Shown piece after piece: positions 22,126 through 36,392 of a stretch of DNA of 64,000 nucleotides. Origin of the DNA: Camelus ferus (Eukaryota); NCBI RefSeq assembly GCF_009834535.1, contig NC_045696.1, positions 42,038,001 to 42,102,000 on the forward strand. Reading direction: 5' to 3'. Position 1 is the stretch's first letter; each line of letters starts with the position of its first letter. The position numbers and the translations under genes are program-made. The notes below the pieces were generated by a model that worked only from the letters and a program-made list of their open reading frames with translations, had not been told where the DNA came from and searched no databases.

Positions 22126-24120
22126 TTGTACAGTATTATTATATTTGCACTTTAATAATTTTCATAAATCTATTTAAAATTTATCTAGTTTTTGATGTTT
22201 TGGAAAATTTTTGAACAAGTACTCTCCCACTTCATGAGAAGCAGGTGATCCTATTTGTGTGGCCACATGAAGTTCTCTCCAGCCTTCCATCAGTCACTAT
22301 GCGTCTATCTCTGCATGACCTGGTCAGTTGGCATTATTTCAACTGGGCTTACCCATGGCTGTCTGCTTGCGTATAGAAACTCAAATTGCAACTGTGGATG
22401 TAAAAAAGGGAAAAACAGAGGATGTTGAAAGCGAACATGAATTTTCCATTAGTGGCTAACTGGCTTTGAACTTCCTCTCCATTGAGGCTCAGAGTAAAGT
22501 CAAAGCTATCACTGAGCTCGGTCTGAACTTGCTACAGGTCACACTGTTACTCAGTGTTGTGTTCAGTGTCATATTAATTTTATGAACTTCCACCCCAGGG
22601 ATCTTAGTCCCAAGGTGCTTGGTTTTACTAGATTTGCCATGGAAGCGGAGATTTAGTCCTTCCTGGTGAAAGTGAACCCATTAAATCCTCTAAAAATATT
22701 CTGTCCAACTAATCATGTCATTTCATTGCGAAAAAACAAACACTGACACAGACATGTTTCTTATTAAATGAAGCACCCACATTCGTGACCAGCCAGCTCT
22801 TGGCCAGGCGTGAGGGCAGGTGAGAAAAGGGAGAACTATTCTTTATCTTCCTCTCCTTATGACCAGGGTTAGGATCTGGGTGGCATCTCTCTCCTTCAGT
22901 TGCATCCCTGCAAGTGTAAGCTTGGAGCTCTTTTGAAAGGAAATTGTCATTTCTTAGGACAAATGTATATTCTAGGAAAAATTAAAGTTGTAAAGAAGTT
23001 ATTGAGTGCCATCGTTTCGTATTACCAACTTAGGCCCCAGCACTGTTTCTCACATTTGCATTTTCACTAGGATTAACAAGGCAGCTTGTTAGAACAGATA
23101 TCCCTGGTTTCTAATCCCTAGAGATTCTCATTCAATAGGCTTGGGATGGACCCTTGGAAGCTATATTTTTAATAATCTCTCTGGATGATTCTAACTCACG
23201 AAGGAAAACTGTCTTTTCTTGGATTGGTAGAGCTGAACAGGACAATGTTCTGAAAGGAGCCCTTGGCATTTCGAGTTTGTTGACAGACCAGTGTACCTTT
23301 ATAAAAACAGGTTCCCCAAACTAGGACATTCAGTTCCAAATCTCATCTATTTTCAATGTCTGGAAATCCTTTTGATCCTGTGGAAAACACCCAGGAGCAG
23401 AAAGCCAAGGTGGCACCTGAGAAGGATGCAGGCTGAGGAGAAGCATGAGGAGTGAACTGGAAAGCCCACGCCTAAATCCTGCTGGGGCAAGCATCTTCTG
23501 AATGGAGTTTGTGGACTGCCAGTGACGCCACCACCGCACTGTGATGCATTGTGGAGTGAACTGCGTTTACGTCATTGCACCCTCCCGCTGTGACTTACCT
23601 CCTGGTTACAAGGATAGTGCCAACCTAAAGCTTGGACATGTTTGACATGGCGGTTGCACAAATGGAACTGGGGCAGAGCAGAGGTAAAAGATGAGGTGTA
23701 GACATGTTGTTCCTTAACCTGCTTTCAGTTATGAGTCGAATTCCAAAAGTTTGATGGAGTTCTCCAGGTTTGGCTCAGGTCTCCAAGATGCAGGTTTGGT
23801 AGCAATGTGTGTGGCATCTTTCTGCTGTACAAGCTCTGGTATTAGGGGTGTGTAGTGGAGAGGTGGGGTGCGGTAGTAGCTGAGGACTTCCACTTAAGTT
23901 TCGCTGAATGGGAAAGAACTTATGTAATATGCTTGGGAAGCATGAAATTTTCATAGAGACCTTTTAAGCAACCGCTTTCTAGCGTTATTTTGATCTTGGG
24001 AGACCCAGGGCTTGTGGACAGCATACCAGACTTTGTGGCAGACTGCAGAAATGCTTCAGCATGTCTCAGTAACCCGAATGGCACTTGTTAAAAGGACAGG
24101 GGACTGCTGCGGTTTCTTTT

Positions 24121-24338
24121 ATTTTTATTTTTTGAACATTAAAAAAAATGGAAGTATAGTCAGTTACGATGTGTCAATTTCTGGTGTACAGCACAATGTT
24201 TCAGTCATACATATATACAAACATACTCGTTTTCATATTCTTTTTCATTATAGGTTACTACAAGATATTGAATATAGTTTCCTGTGTTATACAGAAGAAA
24301 TTTGCTTTTTTAAATCTATTTTAGGTATAGTTGTTAGG
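24121..24338 (-). mobile_element. Short L1 3' end with 13-bp TSD
   Basis: tgcggtttctttt 24108-24120 / tgtggtttctttt 24339-24351; body matches the 16560 and 56480 L1 ends. Confidence 0.8.
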
Positions 24339-26458
24339 TGTGGTTTCTTTTTGAAGAAAGGATTTCACAAAACTGCTGAGCAATTTTTAATTTATATTCT
24401 CATTTCTGGGACTGAATGAATTAGTAGATATTGAACTGTACTTAAAATAATGAGACATAATTATCTTTAAATTTGGAAAATTAGAAAAGGGCACTAAAAT
24501 CAGGGACTTATGTAATTTAAGAAAGAATGAACCTTAGAGGTATTGGGTTCAACCCCCTGGAGTCAGATTTATCCCTCTTTTTCAAGTGGTTGTCTGGCTT
24601 CATTTTGATAGAACAGGATAACCCAGTGCTACTTTCCCTAGTAAGTCACTGAAGCTCAAATGTAGAGGGTGAGTGAGGACCTTTAACCCTGCCCTGTCTC
24701 TCTAGAATGCGGTAACCACCACCTGCCATCACCGACCCCAGAAAGTTTACTCAGGTTTTGGCCAAGGAATCAGTTGGGTGGAAGAAAAAGTCCTGCACAG
24801 TCTCTCTCATCTGCCATACAGCAATGGCATTGGAGCCACTCACAGTAGAGTGAGAATTTCCTGGCTGTTTGACTGTGAGTATGTCATTCAATCTGTCAAG
24901 CCTTTGTGTTCTCCCTGTGAAATGTTATCACCTGTGACTTACATGGACTGAATGATAATCCCTGTGTAAAATAGATGGTATACAATAGAGACACTAAAGT
25001 CTACACTTTTGTTAGGGCAAGTAGCATTTAATGATAATATTAAAGTTACTTCCCAGTACTGACTGCACTCTTCCAAAGTAGGACAGACATGAGACTAGAT
25101 TTAACAGGGGACACTGAGACAGAAAAACGAATCTAATTTGGAGGAATAGGTAAAGGTAAATCTGTTAAAAGCCAACAACTCGAGGCATGTCTCTTCATAG
25201 ATAGCGTCCTGTCTGACTGTACTTTGGCAAAAGCATGTGTGGGCAAACAACTATCTTATTTCACATTGTCCTAAAAATGCCAAGCTCCAGTGACAATGCT
25301 TGGATCTCTGGCAAACACTTTCAAAAGAATATGTTCATTTAAAACATGCAGACAAAAATCTTCATGTTTTATGGAAACTAATTTTTAGGAAGTACATTTT
25401 ACTTGTTTTGTTTCCTTCATACCCATCTGTGGTGGGTTAATATAACTGTGTTCCTGGCCCTCTTTCCCTGAATCTAACTTTCACACTTCCCTTTCTGGTA
25501 CCAGTCCTTTTCTACAACTTGGCCAGTGTCTCCCTTGCTCTCTCCAACCCCCAACCTCCTGCCCTGTGTACAGTTCATGGGAGGGTACAGTACCTAGACT
25601 TGGTAACTTCTTGTCATAATGATGACAGTAGCACTGATACAAACTTCTTTACTTCATAAGCCAATTTATTGGCATGGTTTGGTTTACCTAATAACCCTGT
25701 GGCAGGTCATCTCAGTCCTGAGACTGAAGACATTGAGGTTGGGAGAGGTGGCAGAGCAAATAATTCCAGACCATGACGTGGTTCGTCTGATCTTCTATTA
25801 ATCCTCTGCTTTATCTGTTGTACAACATGGCCTCCTTTGCAGAGAAAAAGCCTGTATTGACAGGTGATCTGCCCTCTAAATCTCTTGATTCTGGGCATTG
25901 TTTTAATTAGGACAGGACTTTATGGAGTCTCTTGTATTGTTATGTATGTCTATGTTAGGATGGTCAGAAAAGGGAAATTGTTTTAGTAGTTAAGAAACTG
26001 CTGAGTATCCAAAAAAAAAGAAAAAAAAGGAGAAGGAAATATATTATTTAGTACAAAAAAGAGAACACTGGAGTTGCTAAAACAAAAGATGATTTGAATA
26101 ATTATGAGTCTACAATCCAAATGAGTCTATAATCTTGCTAGTGAGATTCCCTGAAGGCTGTTCTATAATCTTGCTGAGCAACTAGTGAGCAAAAAAAAAT
26201 GTTGAAAAAAACAAAGGCTCTTCTGCCAGTTCCCTGTTGTGGTTGTGGGACAGATCTGTGTAATAAAGTGCTATTTAAAGTATCAGCAATAGTTTTATGC
26301 AGCCGATGCAGCAGTTATTTAATGCTAAAAAGAGATTCGTTGAATACTGTGGCTGAACCGTATGAAGACGGAGTTTTAGCTACATAAATGATTGAAATTC
26401 CACAACATTCCTGAAAGATTGATAAATATTTTTCTCTTTTTGTCACAGAAGAGGTCCA

Positions 26459-26460
<2 letters not shown>

Positions 26461-26538
<78 letters not shown>
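26461..26538 (+). repeat. (TAA)26 perfect microsatellite
   Basis: 78 bp uninterrupted TAA. Confidence 0.97.
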
Positions 26539-26541
<3 letters not shown>

Positions 26542-27739
26542 CTATGGTATCTTATTTATAAAATTTTTACTTCTTCCCCATAGTATTTGTTACAATAGAA
26601 AATCATCCTTTATATTAATAGAATTGGGACAGTAATGAGGGAAAAGCTTCATGAGCTTCACGTGCTTCATGATTATTTTGCAAGTTGACTCATTACTCTG
26701 GTTTTGGTTGGTGACTGAATGGCAGACACTTCTAGCTGGTTGTCACCCGAGGGCTCTGAAAGCTCTAGCACTCAATCTGTTGCTTTTTCACTCTTTTATT
26801 CTCTTATTTCTATCTGACATATGTATTTCCACACAGATTCATACACACTTTATATATACCCATCATTGACACCAAAGCAATATGACTGTTTTTTCGGCAA
26901 ACATACCTGGATAGTATTTATAATATCCAGATGCAGCCTGTTTCCTTCAAAATGAAAGCAGGTTTCTACATTATTGCCATGTTCAAGATTTTTGGGATTT
27001 CACTTTTTTGAACATTTTTTTTAAAAAATATCATCCAGGGTGTTAAGTTTTGCTCCGTAAAGTGGGTTGATTTTTGGTAAGGCTGAAAGCCATTTGGAAA
27101 CAAGTGAGATAGATGATGAAACTGAGTAACATAAATTGTGGTAAAACATGGGCCAGGAATATGAGCAGTCCTGCCTGAGGAGATCCCACTTCTTGTTTCT
27201 TGTTACTTGTTTTATAAGAGCATTTAAAAAGGACAGTGATTTTCTGTTCCCATGCCTGCCTTCTGCGGAGTCAAAATGCCAAGACCCTGCCTGCCTGCCT
27301 GAGCGTCATCTAACTTTTCAGACTTACCAGCCCTGATCCTGCCGTGACCTCTGATGATGTGAACTACAGGACCCTCCCTCAGTGCTTAGCAGCTCTGCAC
27401 TTTGGCCCATGTTACTCCTTGTGGAACAGCCTTTCATCCTTATTCTCACTGATTTGTATTTATTACCCTTTCATTCCAGAAAAGCTTGAATGTGGCCCTC
27501 TTTATCCCTACACATCCTTAAGGATCTATATAATTACAGTTGCCATGTCTTCCCAATTGGAAATTAATCTCCCCGAGCTTCCCTAGAATTCCACGTTGCC
27601 CTTGATTTTTTGGTATAGCTATTAGATTCCAAGCTTTTTGTTGAAGTGCCTTCAGTTTTTAGCATCTAATCCAGTTTCTTCTCCAATTAAATGGGAATAA
27701 TAATAAGAGACCTATATTTTTCTTTCTTCTTCCCCATCC

Positions 27740-28560
27740 CCTGCAATTCATTTGCTTATTCACTTACTTAAGAATGATCTATAGATAAACAACAAAGCAC
27801 TGTGCAAGCAATGAGCATGTAAAGATCAGTGTGGTTAGTTTCTTCTTATTCTGGGGTTCAGAGCTTGCTAGGGGAGCCCGTGACATAGTGGAGTTATTGT
27901 AAAACAGTGCAACAAGGGCTATTGCAGAAATAAGTACGGGGTTAAAAGTTGTGACCCAGAGGAGAGAGTAATAAATTCTACCTTCGGGCGGTGGGGGACG
28001 GCTCCATAGAACAGAAGACACTAGGTCTGTTTCTCAAAGGACAAGTAGGTGTCACCAAGTAGAGAAAGACCAAAATGGCACTCCAGAGAGGGAAAAAAAT
28101 ATATAAAGTCATCAATATATAAGAGGATATGCTACCTTTGGTCAACTGCAAAAATTTGAGATTTGGTAAAAAAATGGAGATTAGGAGGGAGGGGGACAGA
28201 TTTTGGAGAGTGTTGTGTACTATGCTAAGGAGTTTGGACTTTGTGTAGTTGAAGGGGAACCCCTAAAGTAATTAAATTACTGGGGTAATAGGATTGGGTT
28301 GAAATTTAGAAAGGCCTTGGAGCAGTGAAAAATGGACTTTGGAGGGGAGTGGTGGAGAAGAAGGAAAAAGAAAAATAGAATGTAAGCTGTCTATCTGGTT
28401 AGGATGCTAACATAAAAGTTCAGGTGAGAATTGACGCATTCCTGAACTAAGTCAGAGGCAGAATGGGGAGGGAGGGTAGGCCAGGTCTGAGAGATATTTA
28501 GGGGACAGAGTAGACAGGATTTGTGGCTATGCTTTTGGACTGATGCAAGGAGCAAATGTA
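27740..28560 (-). mobile_element. L2 remnants
   Basis: attcatttgcttattcac..., gctaaggagtttggacttt and gagatatttagggg motifs typical of reverse L2. Confidence 0.55.
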
Positions 28561-31500
28561 ATAATATACTTCCAAGAATCAAATTTGATGCGCTCCAGGA
28601 AGATAAAGAATCATCAGATAACTGGTGACGGGATTGGTATAGCTTATATATTACCTAAAAGAAAATGTATCAGAAATGTCTGCCAGATTAAGCCACGTAT
28701 TTCCTCCAGTATATTAAAAAATGTGACTTGAATGAAAATATTTGAAGAAATGAAAATTCAAGCTAACTTGATTATTTTCTGCCAAATCTTTAATCCAGGT
28801 CCAGTGACCATGAAACACTAAACTTGGCAGAAATGGTGGCGGTGAGATAAAGAGAAGTGGGGTGAAAGAATAAGAGGAGGGGCAATCTAGGCCTAGGACT
28901 CTCACAGGTCCACGCACCGTGCTCTGCAAGTGTGGGCCTTTGCTACCTAGAAGTTGGTCTTTACTTTCCCCTCAGGGGCTCTAAGGAAAAGCACTGCCTG
29001 TATCTTCCTTCCTTCATCATCTTCTTTTGTGGCAAAAGAAGGCCAACCACAATGGTTTGGAAAGACGTGTAGCTTTGTTAATTCCCCACAAAAAGTGAGA
29101 TCTGGGGGAGCCTAAGTGAGTTGTTTGCAAGACATCATCAAAATGAGCAAGTCTGCCCCCAGGGGAACTAGGGCATGGCTCTAACTCAGGAAAAACCCAG
29201 GACTGACCACGCCTTCAGATAGTAGGGGTTCATCAGGTGGTCAAACATTGGAAAGAGAGAAGGATACACACAAAAGGCAGAGATATAACACAGAATTCTG
29301 CATTGACCTATTTGTAAGAGCTTGAGACCTGGAATTGTGGGAAATGAGATTGGAGAATGAGGCAAAGGCTGGATCTTGGAGGGCCTTGAATTCTGTTCAA
29401 AGGAGTTGGTATGGAGGAGAGAGAGCCCCACCCCACCCTGAAATAACTCAATCAAGGAAGAACTAGGATCAGATTGTAGTTTAGAAAGACCTGGAGGCTC
29501 TGTGGAGGATGGGTTGTGGCACACAGCCTACGTGAGGAGGGCAAGATTTCAACTTCCTGGTTGCCCAGCAAGAACACATGGGATTTGATAAGGGTGTTTG
29601 CATTGTGCCGCTCCCCAGGCCCAGGAGAACTGAACTTAGGGGATGCACTGTGAGCAAGGCGTCAGGTCTTTACTCCTCTGTCATCTTTCATCACTTATAA
29701 GCCTTCTTCACAGCAGCCTCTCTGCTCTAGCCTGAGAATCATTGGTTCTTGCCCCAGGTGGGAGGAGGAGCAGAGAACAGGAGGTTTCAGTGGAGCCCCA
29801 TTAATCACCAAGGAGAGGCAGCTGGTTATAAAACCACATGTAATGTGAGCTGGGTTAGTTTAAAAATGTGGCTGAAACCCAACAAACACCTCACTCTTAT
29901 TTTGCCCTCCCTACCCTTGGGTGAAATGAGTCAAACAAGGGAGTACCCAGGCAGAACGCTGGGACTGTCTGGTTCTTTACAGTTAAGGAGGCCCCATGGT
30001 CATTATTAGGAAGAAAGATTTCCGGGGGTTCTAGCACTTTCTGGTCTTTCTATTTTTTCCTGATTTGTTTTTCCTACTTTTACTCCTACTTAGATAACTC
30101 CATTCTTTAGCTCTCTCTCTAATCTAGTTTTTCTGCATAATCAATATTCTCTTTTCTTCAGAAAACCTATTACTGTGCTGACTACTTAACAGATCCTTAA
30201 AATTTGCCAGTGAACTTATTTTGTTTTAAAAGACTACATCAGAATGAGGAAGCAAGATTTAGATGTGGTAGATTTATTCATTACTTGGGGTAGAAACTTC
30301 AATGATCTGTGTTGCTGCCATCATTGACTCTCTGGTCCAAAGGCATCTTAAAGACCCAATACCTCTAACTTGATCCCCCCTACAACTCTAAGTGGCAGTT
30401 ACCCTGAATCTGTAGAGCATGGGGATCTCATCACCTTCTCAGGATATCCTACTGACAGAACTGAAATCTGCTTCCCATGATGGTCGGTCACCTACTAATT
30501 GTAGTTCCACTGTCCTACGCAGCATAGCTTTTACCCTTTTCTCATAGGAGCAAAGGGGGACAGACATGGCTAAAATCACTAGCACAGCAACTTTCGCCTT
30601 GGGCAAACGCTGAGATCAGTGCCACATATTTCACAACAATCACTTCTTGATTGCATTTGCTGCCCTTTGCAAATAGTTGTTCAGTCCCCCTCTTTGCCCC
30701 TCTTTTCCTTTCATTTAGTTGACTCTTCCAGTATATGAAGTATGTAGACTCTGATCTTTACCAACAGTAGCATAACTTCTTGGTTCTTAAGCCATTCCCA
30801 ATATGGAGTACCACACACAATCCTATCTTGAGATTTAGATTAAGGCCTGAGTTTCCATGAATTGAACTTTGGTGGGTTTTTATTTTTATTTTTTCTGGTG
30901 AGACTCTAGTTTAGCTGAGAAGGATCTGGTGGAGAGGAAATATCCAGACCTCCTTTACATCCTGGCAACATGAAATTCCCAGACTCTTCCACAATCACTG
31001 GTTCAGAACTTGCAGACTTAGTCCTCTTGCTACTAAGATGACTGTTGAAATTACCTGAAAATAATAGGTTGGTCATAGTACAAGATGCAGTTTTGAAATA
31101 TGACCTCTCTTCCTCCCTCTCTGGAATAAGTGGGTGGGCGGGTGGATGTGTGTGCAGCAAACTATGGGAGGAAGGGGTGGGCTGGGTGGATGGAGTTGTT
31201 TCTCAGTGTGGTTGGGTCTCACAGCTTTTTATGTTTGTTTTGTTTCTACCCTTCTAGCCCCCTTTTGACCAACTCCTTCCCTACCTCTTCACCCTAAACC
31301 CCCTAAACCACAACTACAGTCAAATAATTAAACCCACAAAGCAAAAAAATAAAAACTGCCTCCGTGTGAATATGCCTCTCTGGTCACGCCATCTCTGTGG
31401 GAGATGCCTCCCTTGTCAACAGTAACAGGTAGAATTTCTTAAGTGAGCCAGGCTTGCAGGAGGCTCTGCACCTTGAGGCAGAAGGGAGAGGGAAGGTCAG

Positions 31501-32754
31501 AGCTTCTGGAAGGGTTTGGACCTGTTGGTTCTTGGAAACTAGGGGAAGGGTGGGGCGAAGGCACTCCCAAGAATCCTGGCAGATTCAGAAGGGAGAGGAA
31601 GAAAAAGAGTGGGGTAGATCTGAGTATATGTACATGTTCAAAGAAGGGGAATGTGTGACGATATTGGGAGATAAGGAATAATGGATGAAACACGGTTCCT
31701 GTGAATGCAGAAGGGGTGGGATCCAGAGCATGGGTCAAAGAGCAGAAAGAGAATAGAGACTCTGCTGCCATTGTAATGGTGGGGAGGATGGAATTACTGG
31801 TGTGGCTGCAGAGAAATGTTTCGGGCATGGACAGGGATGAGAATGTGAGATATCTGCCTGATGGTCTCTAATTTGCTGTGATGTAGAGGTGAGGTTTGAG
31901 GCAGGTTTCTTAGTAAGCTATTCCCTAAGGAGGCCTCTGGAACTATTGTGACAGAGTTACAGCCAGAGTTGAGCGCATCCTCATTTCTCACTGCCCTCAC
32001 CCTCTCCTGACGCATGGACGCGTGTTTACGTGTGTGTGTGTGATGCACGCTATGTCTGGAGGGAGCTGAGTTGGGGGCAGTGTGGGAGACACTTTGTCCT
32101 CTCTGTGTGGCCCTCTCTGTGTCTCATCAGCCCTTACCTCCACCTCACCCATTTCCCCTGCCTCATGTGGAACCATCCTGTCTTCTGTCTCTTCCCTGTG
32201 CCTTCTTTCCTTCCACTGTGTCAGAATAGTTGTCTCTGATTGGCCACCACTGCCGCTTTGGTGAAGTATCCCTTTGTCTTTCTGTTATGAATGCTGAAAG
32301 TCTGATAGTTTATCAACATCACTAGTTCTTGTCCTTCTCTGAGGCTAGCTGGTTGATGCAGTGTGTTGGAAGACACTATACACTGTTAGGAATGTTTCTA
32401 GCCTTCTTAAAAACAGAGGACCAAATTATACGGCAAGCAGAGACAAAGCCATCGTATGAGGAGCCAGGTTTCTGGGCTATTGATATTTCATCTTCATTTT
32501 ATTGTTTCTGTCTTCACTTCTCAAAGCTTAAGCCTGGGAAAGAGGTGAAGTCCCTGAAAGACGGGTGCAAAATAGAACATGCAACAACTTCCAAAGGGCA
32601 ACTTGATATCAGCTTTCTTAATGAAACCACAGATCTGATTCAGTTGGTTAAACATCCCGCTTGAGTCAGGCAACCTTTGGATTCAGTTCTACAATTGGTT
32701 GTTGGCATGATGATTCACCTAACAAAGAAACTGATTAAGAGCATTAAACAAATT

Positions 32755-33605
32755 TTTAAATTGTGGTAAAATACACCTGACATAAAATTTATCATCGTAA
32801 CCATTTTAATCATACTATTCAGTAGTTTTAAGTGTATGCGCGCTGTTGCGCAACCAATCTCCAGAACTTTTTCATCTTGCAAAAGTGAAACTCTAACCGT
32901 TAAAAATTCCTTTAAAAACATTCTCCTCTGCCCACGCCTAGCCCTCGACAACCACCATTCTACTTTCTCTCTATAAATTTGACTACTCTAGGTATCTCAT
33001 TTCAGTGGAATCACAAAATTTGTCTTTTGTGACTGGCTTATTTCATTTAGCATAATGTACTCAAGGTTCATCCATGTTGTACCATGTGTCAGAATTCCTT
33101 TCCTGTTTAAGGCCAACTAATATTTCATCGTATGTGTCTACTACATTTTTTTTTACCCAGTCATCCATTGGCAGACACTTGGCTGCATCCACCTTTTGGC
33201 TACTGTGAATAATGCTACTCTGTACATGCGTGTACTTTCAGTTCTTCTGGGTACATCCCCACAAGTGGAATTGCTGGATCATATGGTAACTCTATTTTTA
33301 ATTTTTTGAGGACCTGCCTTCCACAGAGACTGCATCCTTTTACATTCCCACCAATAGTGCACAAAGGTTTCAATTTGTCCACATCCACACAAACACTTGT
33401 TGTTTTGGTGTTTTGATAGCAGCCTACCTAGTGAGTGTGAGGTGGTATCTCACTGTGGTTTTGATTTGCATTTCCCTAATGATTAATCATGTTGACCATT
33501 TTTCCATGTGCTTATTGGCCACTTGTATGTCTTCTTTGGAGAAAATCTAGTCAAGTCCTGTGCCCTTTATTTAGGTTGTTTGTCTTTCTGTTGTTGTTGA
33601 GGTCA
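32755..33605 (-). mobile_element. L1MB-like 3' end
   Basis: aattgtggtaaaatacac..., gtggaattgctggatcatatggtaactc, gtgaggtggtatctcactgtggttttgatttgc. Confidence 0.85.
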
Positions 33606-33735
33606 AGAACGTCTAAAGATTTTTGCAGTGTTGTAGCTAGAGTGACATTGCAGGGTTTATTTAGGTCCAAAGCTTTTAATTGTTCTCCAGTGACTCTGTC
33701 ACAGTCCCTGTTGGGAAACACAGTGGGCTTCCTGA

Positions 33736-33745
33736 GGGAAATTCC
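33736..33745 (+). promoter_or_regulatory. Consensus kappaB motif GGGAAATTCC
   Basis: Exact match to GGGRNWYYCC in unique sequence between two L1s; function unproven. Confidence 0.3.
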
Positions 33746-34009
33746 AAGTTTAGGTAGCATTGATGTGGCTGTGCCCAGCTTTTAATTTTAATTTATGATA
33801 ATTTAGGTCTGAGTTTTTAGAGAAAGCAGATGCTATGTATCTTGACAGCAAAGAGGAAGGGGTCCATTATTCTCTGTGCTGATGACATAGCCCTACACTG
33901 AATGGTTTATTTCCTCAGGAGGAACAGTTTTAGAATGTGTTCCTGTGCGGTAGAGCACAGCCCTATTGAAGGGATAAGTGTAGTTATGCCGCAGGGGCGC
34001 TAGGGTGGT

Positions 34010-34720
34010 GGTGTGTGTTTTGTTTTCCAAAGTAATGGTACAATTTTACATTTCTACCCACAGTGTATGGTGTATGAGGGTTCTGGTTTCTTCCTGTCCT
34101 CACCAACACTTGATATTGTATGCCTTTTGGATTATAGTCATTTTAGTGGATGTGAAGTGGTGTCCCACTGCAATTTTAATTTGGGTTTTCCTAGTGACAG
34201 GTGATGTGAGGTATCTTTTCACATGCTTAATGGCCATTCATATGTCTTCTTTAGTGAAATGCTTATTCACATCTTTTGCCTATTTTAAAATAGGGTTATG
34301 TATCTTCTTATCATTGAATTTCTAGAGTTCATTCTACATTCTGGATATAAGCCTTCTGTCAGATAAATGATTTGAAAATATTTTGTCTCAATTTGGCTTG
34401 TCTTTTTATTGTCTTAATGGTGTCTTTTTGAGTACAAAATTTTAAATTTTGGTGAAGTCCAATTTATCATTTTTTTCTTTTGTATATCATGCTTTTGATA
34501 TGATAGCTAAGAAATCTTTGCCTAACCCCAAATGACAGATATGTTCTTCTATGTTTTCTTCTAAAAGTTGTATAGTTTAGTAAGAGATGTTAGGTCTATG
34601 ATTCATTTTGAGTTAATTTTTGTGTATATGAAGTAAGGGTCTAAATTCACCCTTTTCATTGTGGCTCTCTAATTGTCCCAGCACCATTTGTTGAAAAGAT
34701 GGCCTGTGGAATTGTTGACT
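34010..34720 (-). mobile_element. Old L1 ORF2 3' fragment
   Basis: Reverse strand HLFNKWCWDN and L1 motifs (gtcccagcaccatttgttgaaaaga). Confidence 0.8.
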
Positions 34721-36392
34721 CTGCTTTTGTCATATTTATGCCTTTTTAGAGATGATGAAGAAGGTAGGGCGTAAAGCATTAATGTATGAAAGAAGATGAA
34801 AACTCTTTTGTGTTGAAATTTCAAGTGGTTACATGAGAGAATGAGCATCTGGCTGATGGTATAAAGAATAACTTGAACCACAATTTTATTTTGTTTCCTT
34901 CATCTCCCCTGTTCCCTCCCCAACCTTGCAATGAATATCTGCTTCTCTCCTGTGAGAGGAAGTGAAAGATTTTGGTCAGGAATAAATATAAACGATCTTT
35001 ACTGCGCTGTTCCCTTTTAAGAAAAAAAAAAAAAAACAAAAAAACAAACCACCCTGCTGGTTCTGTGTAGCACTGAATTACCCTCTATCAACAGTTCTAT
35101 GGTGATGTTGGAAGCTGGCTTTCCCCAGGAAGCAGAACTGTCACTGCTGGTTCTCCGTGTTATGTAATACGTCTAGCTGGTCACTTTCAAGGATGCTGAC
35201 AGGAGTCAAGAGAGAACATCCCTCAGTATCATAGAACTTTTCTTTATATTTGACTTACTGATGAATTTCTCATAAGAAATATCCTAGGAGATATCTCCAG
35301 AGTTGGGAACCGTCCACATCCAGATCCTCCGTGTATCTACAGTCCTGGGGAGAGGTAACCCCAATGAAAAATAGGTTCAGTTGCCTTCTGGGGTTGACTA
35401 ATGCAGGGTAGCAAAGCCAGCATCCTTGGGCGAAGTCTGTTCCTAGAAAAATACCATCCATCTGCTATCTTAAGTCTTTACAAAGAATAGGATGATTGCA
35501 TCTTCTTTTATGGAAAATTACTGAGTTCCTCTGTTTTACAATGCTGACCTAGCAGTTATAACTTGGACACTTTTTTACTCTTCCTTTGCCAAAGAGCCCT
35601 CCCAATCAAGGCGGTGCATAATAATGATAGTAACAATAATAATGTGATATGTCCATAGCTATTATTATCTCCATGATACTCTTTCCCTGCCTTACATACA
35701 TTAATGGATTTAACCGCATGTCCCTTGGATCATTCAATGAAACTGGCATTGCTGGAGGGAGCAGGGATCGAAGCAACTGAGGTAGGATTTGGAGTATGGT
35801 AATCTCCCTCTCACCAAATAGCTCTGACTAGAGGAAAGTCTTGAAATGATGTTTGAGGGATAAAGTTGAACAGCAGGGTCCTATTTTGAGCTCCATATTT
35901 TTTCAGCTCTAGCACTCATGGAAGGGGTTCACCACCAGTTTGGTTAGACATGTTCTTTTGACATCCTTCCACAAGGACCTCCGGAATCTCCCCCTGCCCC
36001 CATCTCCAGGTACCTACTTTAGTAGCTTGGCACTCAAGAGCTATCCAGGGCTTGTCTTTGGTAGGTTGGTCTCCCCTTGGTGCTTTCCTGCCCTGTGTTT
36101 CAGTGTGGAAACCATTTGCTGGGAGGGGGCAGCTTCAGCATCCTGAGGAAGCGCACCTAAAATTCTGACCCACTGTTGGTCGGAACTAGGAATTCCACTT
36201 TGTTTAAGATTTAGGAAGTATACACACATTCTGGTTTCCTCTAAGATTTAGCCAGGAGTTTTGTTTTTGTTTCTGTTTGCATTTTAGTATAAGATTCAGG
36301 AGCAAGTTTTTTGGGGAGAAAAGAAAAGGAAAGGAGAGATTCTAAGGGCAGAGATTGTCTGAAATAGCAAGAGTTGGGGGCTGGGGAGAGAG

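Noticed and set aside
26104..26190. Patchwork of short repeats (atgagtcta, ctataatcttgct, ctagtgag)
   Set aside because: Irregular local micro-duplications; no array or CRISPR-like periodicity
33987..34003. CTCF site tgccgcaggggcgcta
   Set aside because: Only the 3' half aligns to the consensus; spacing is off by one base
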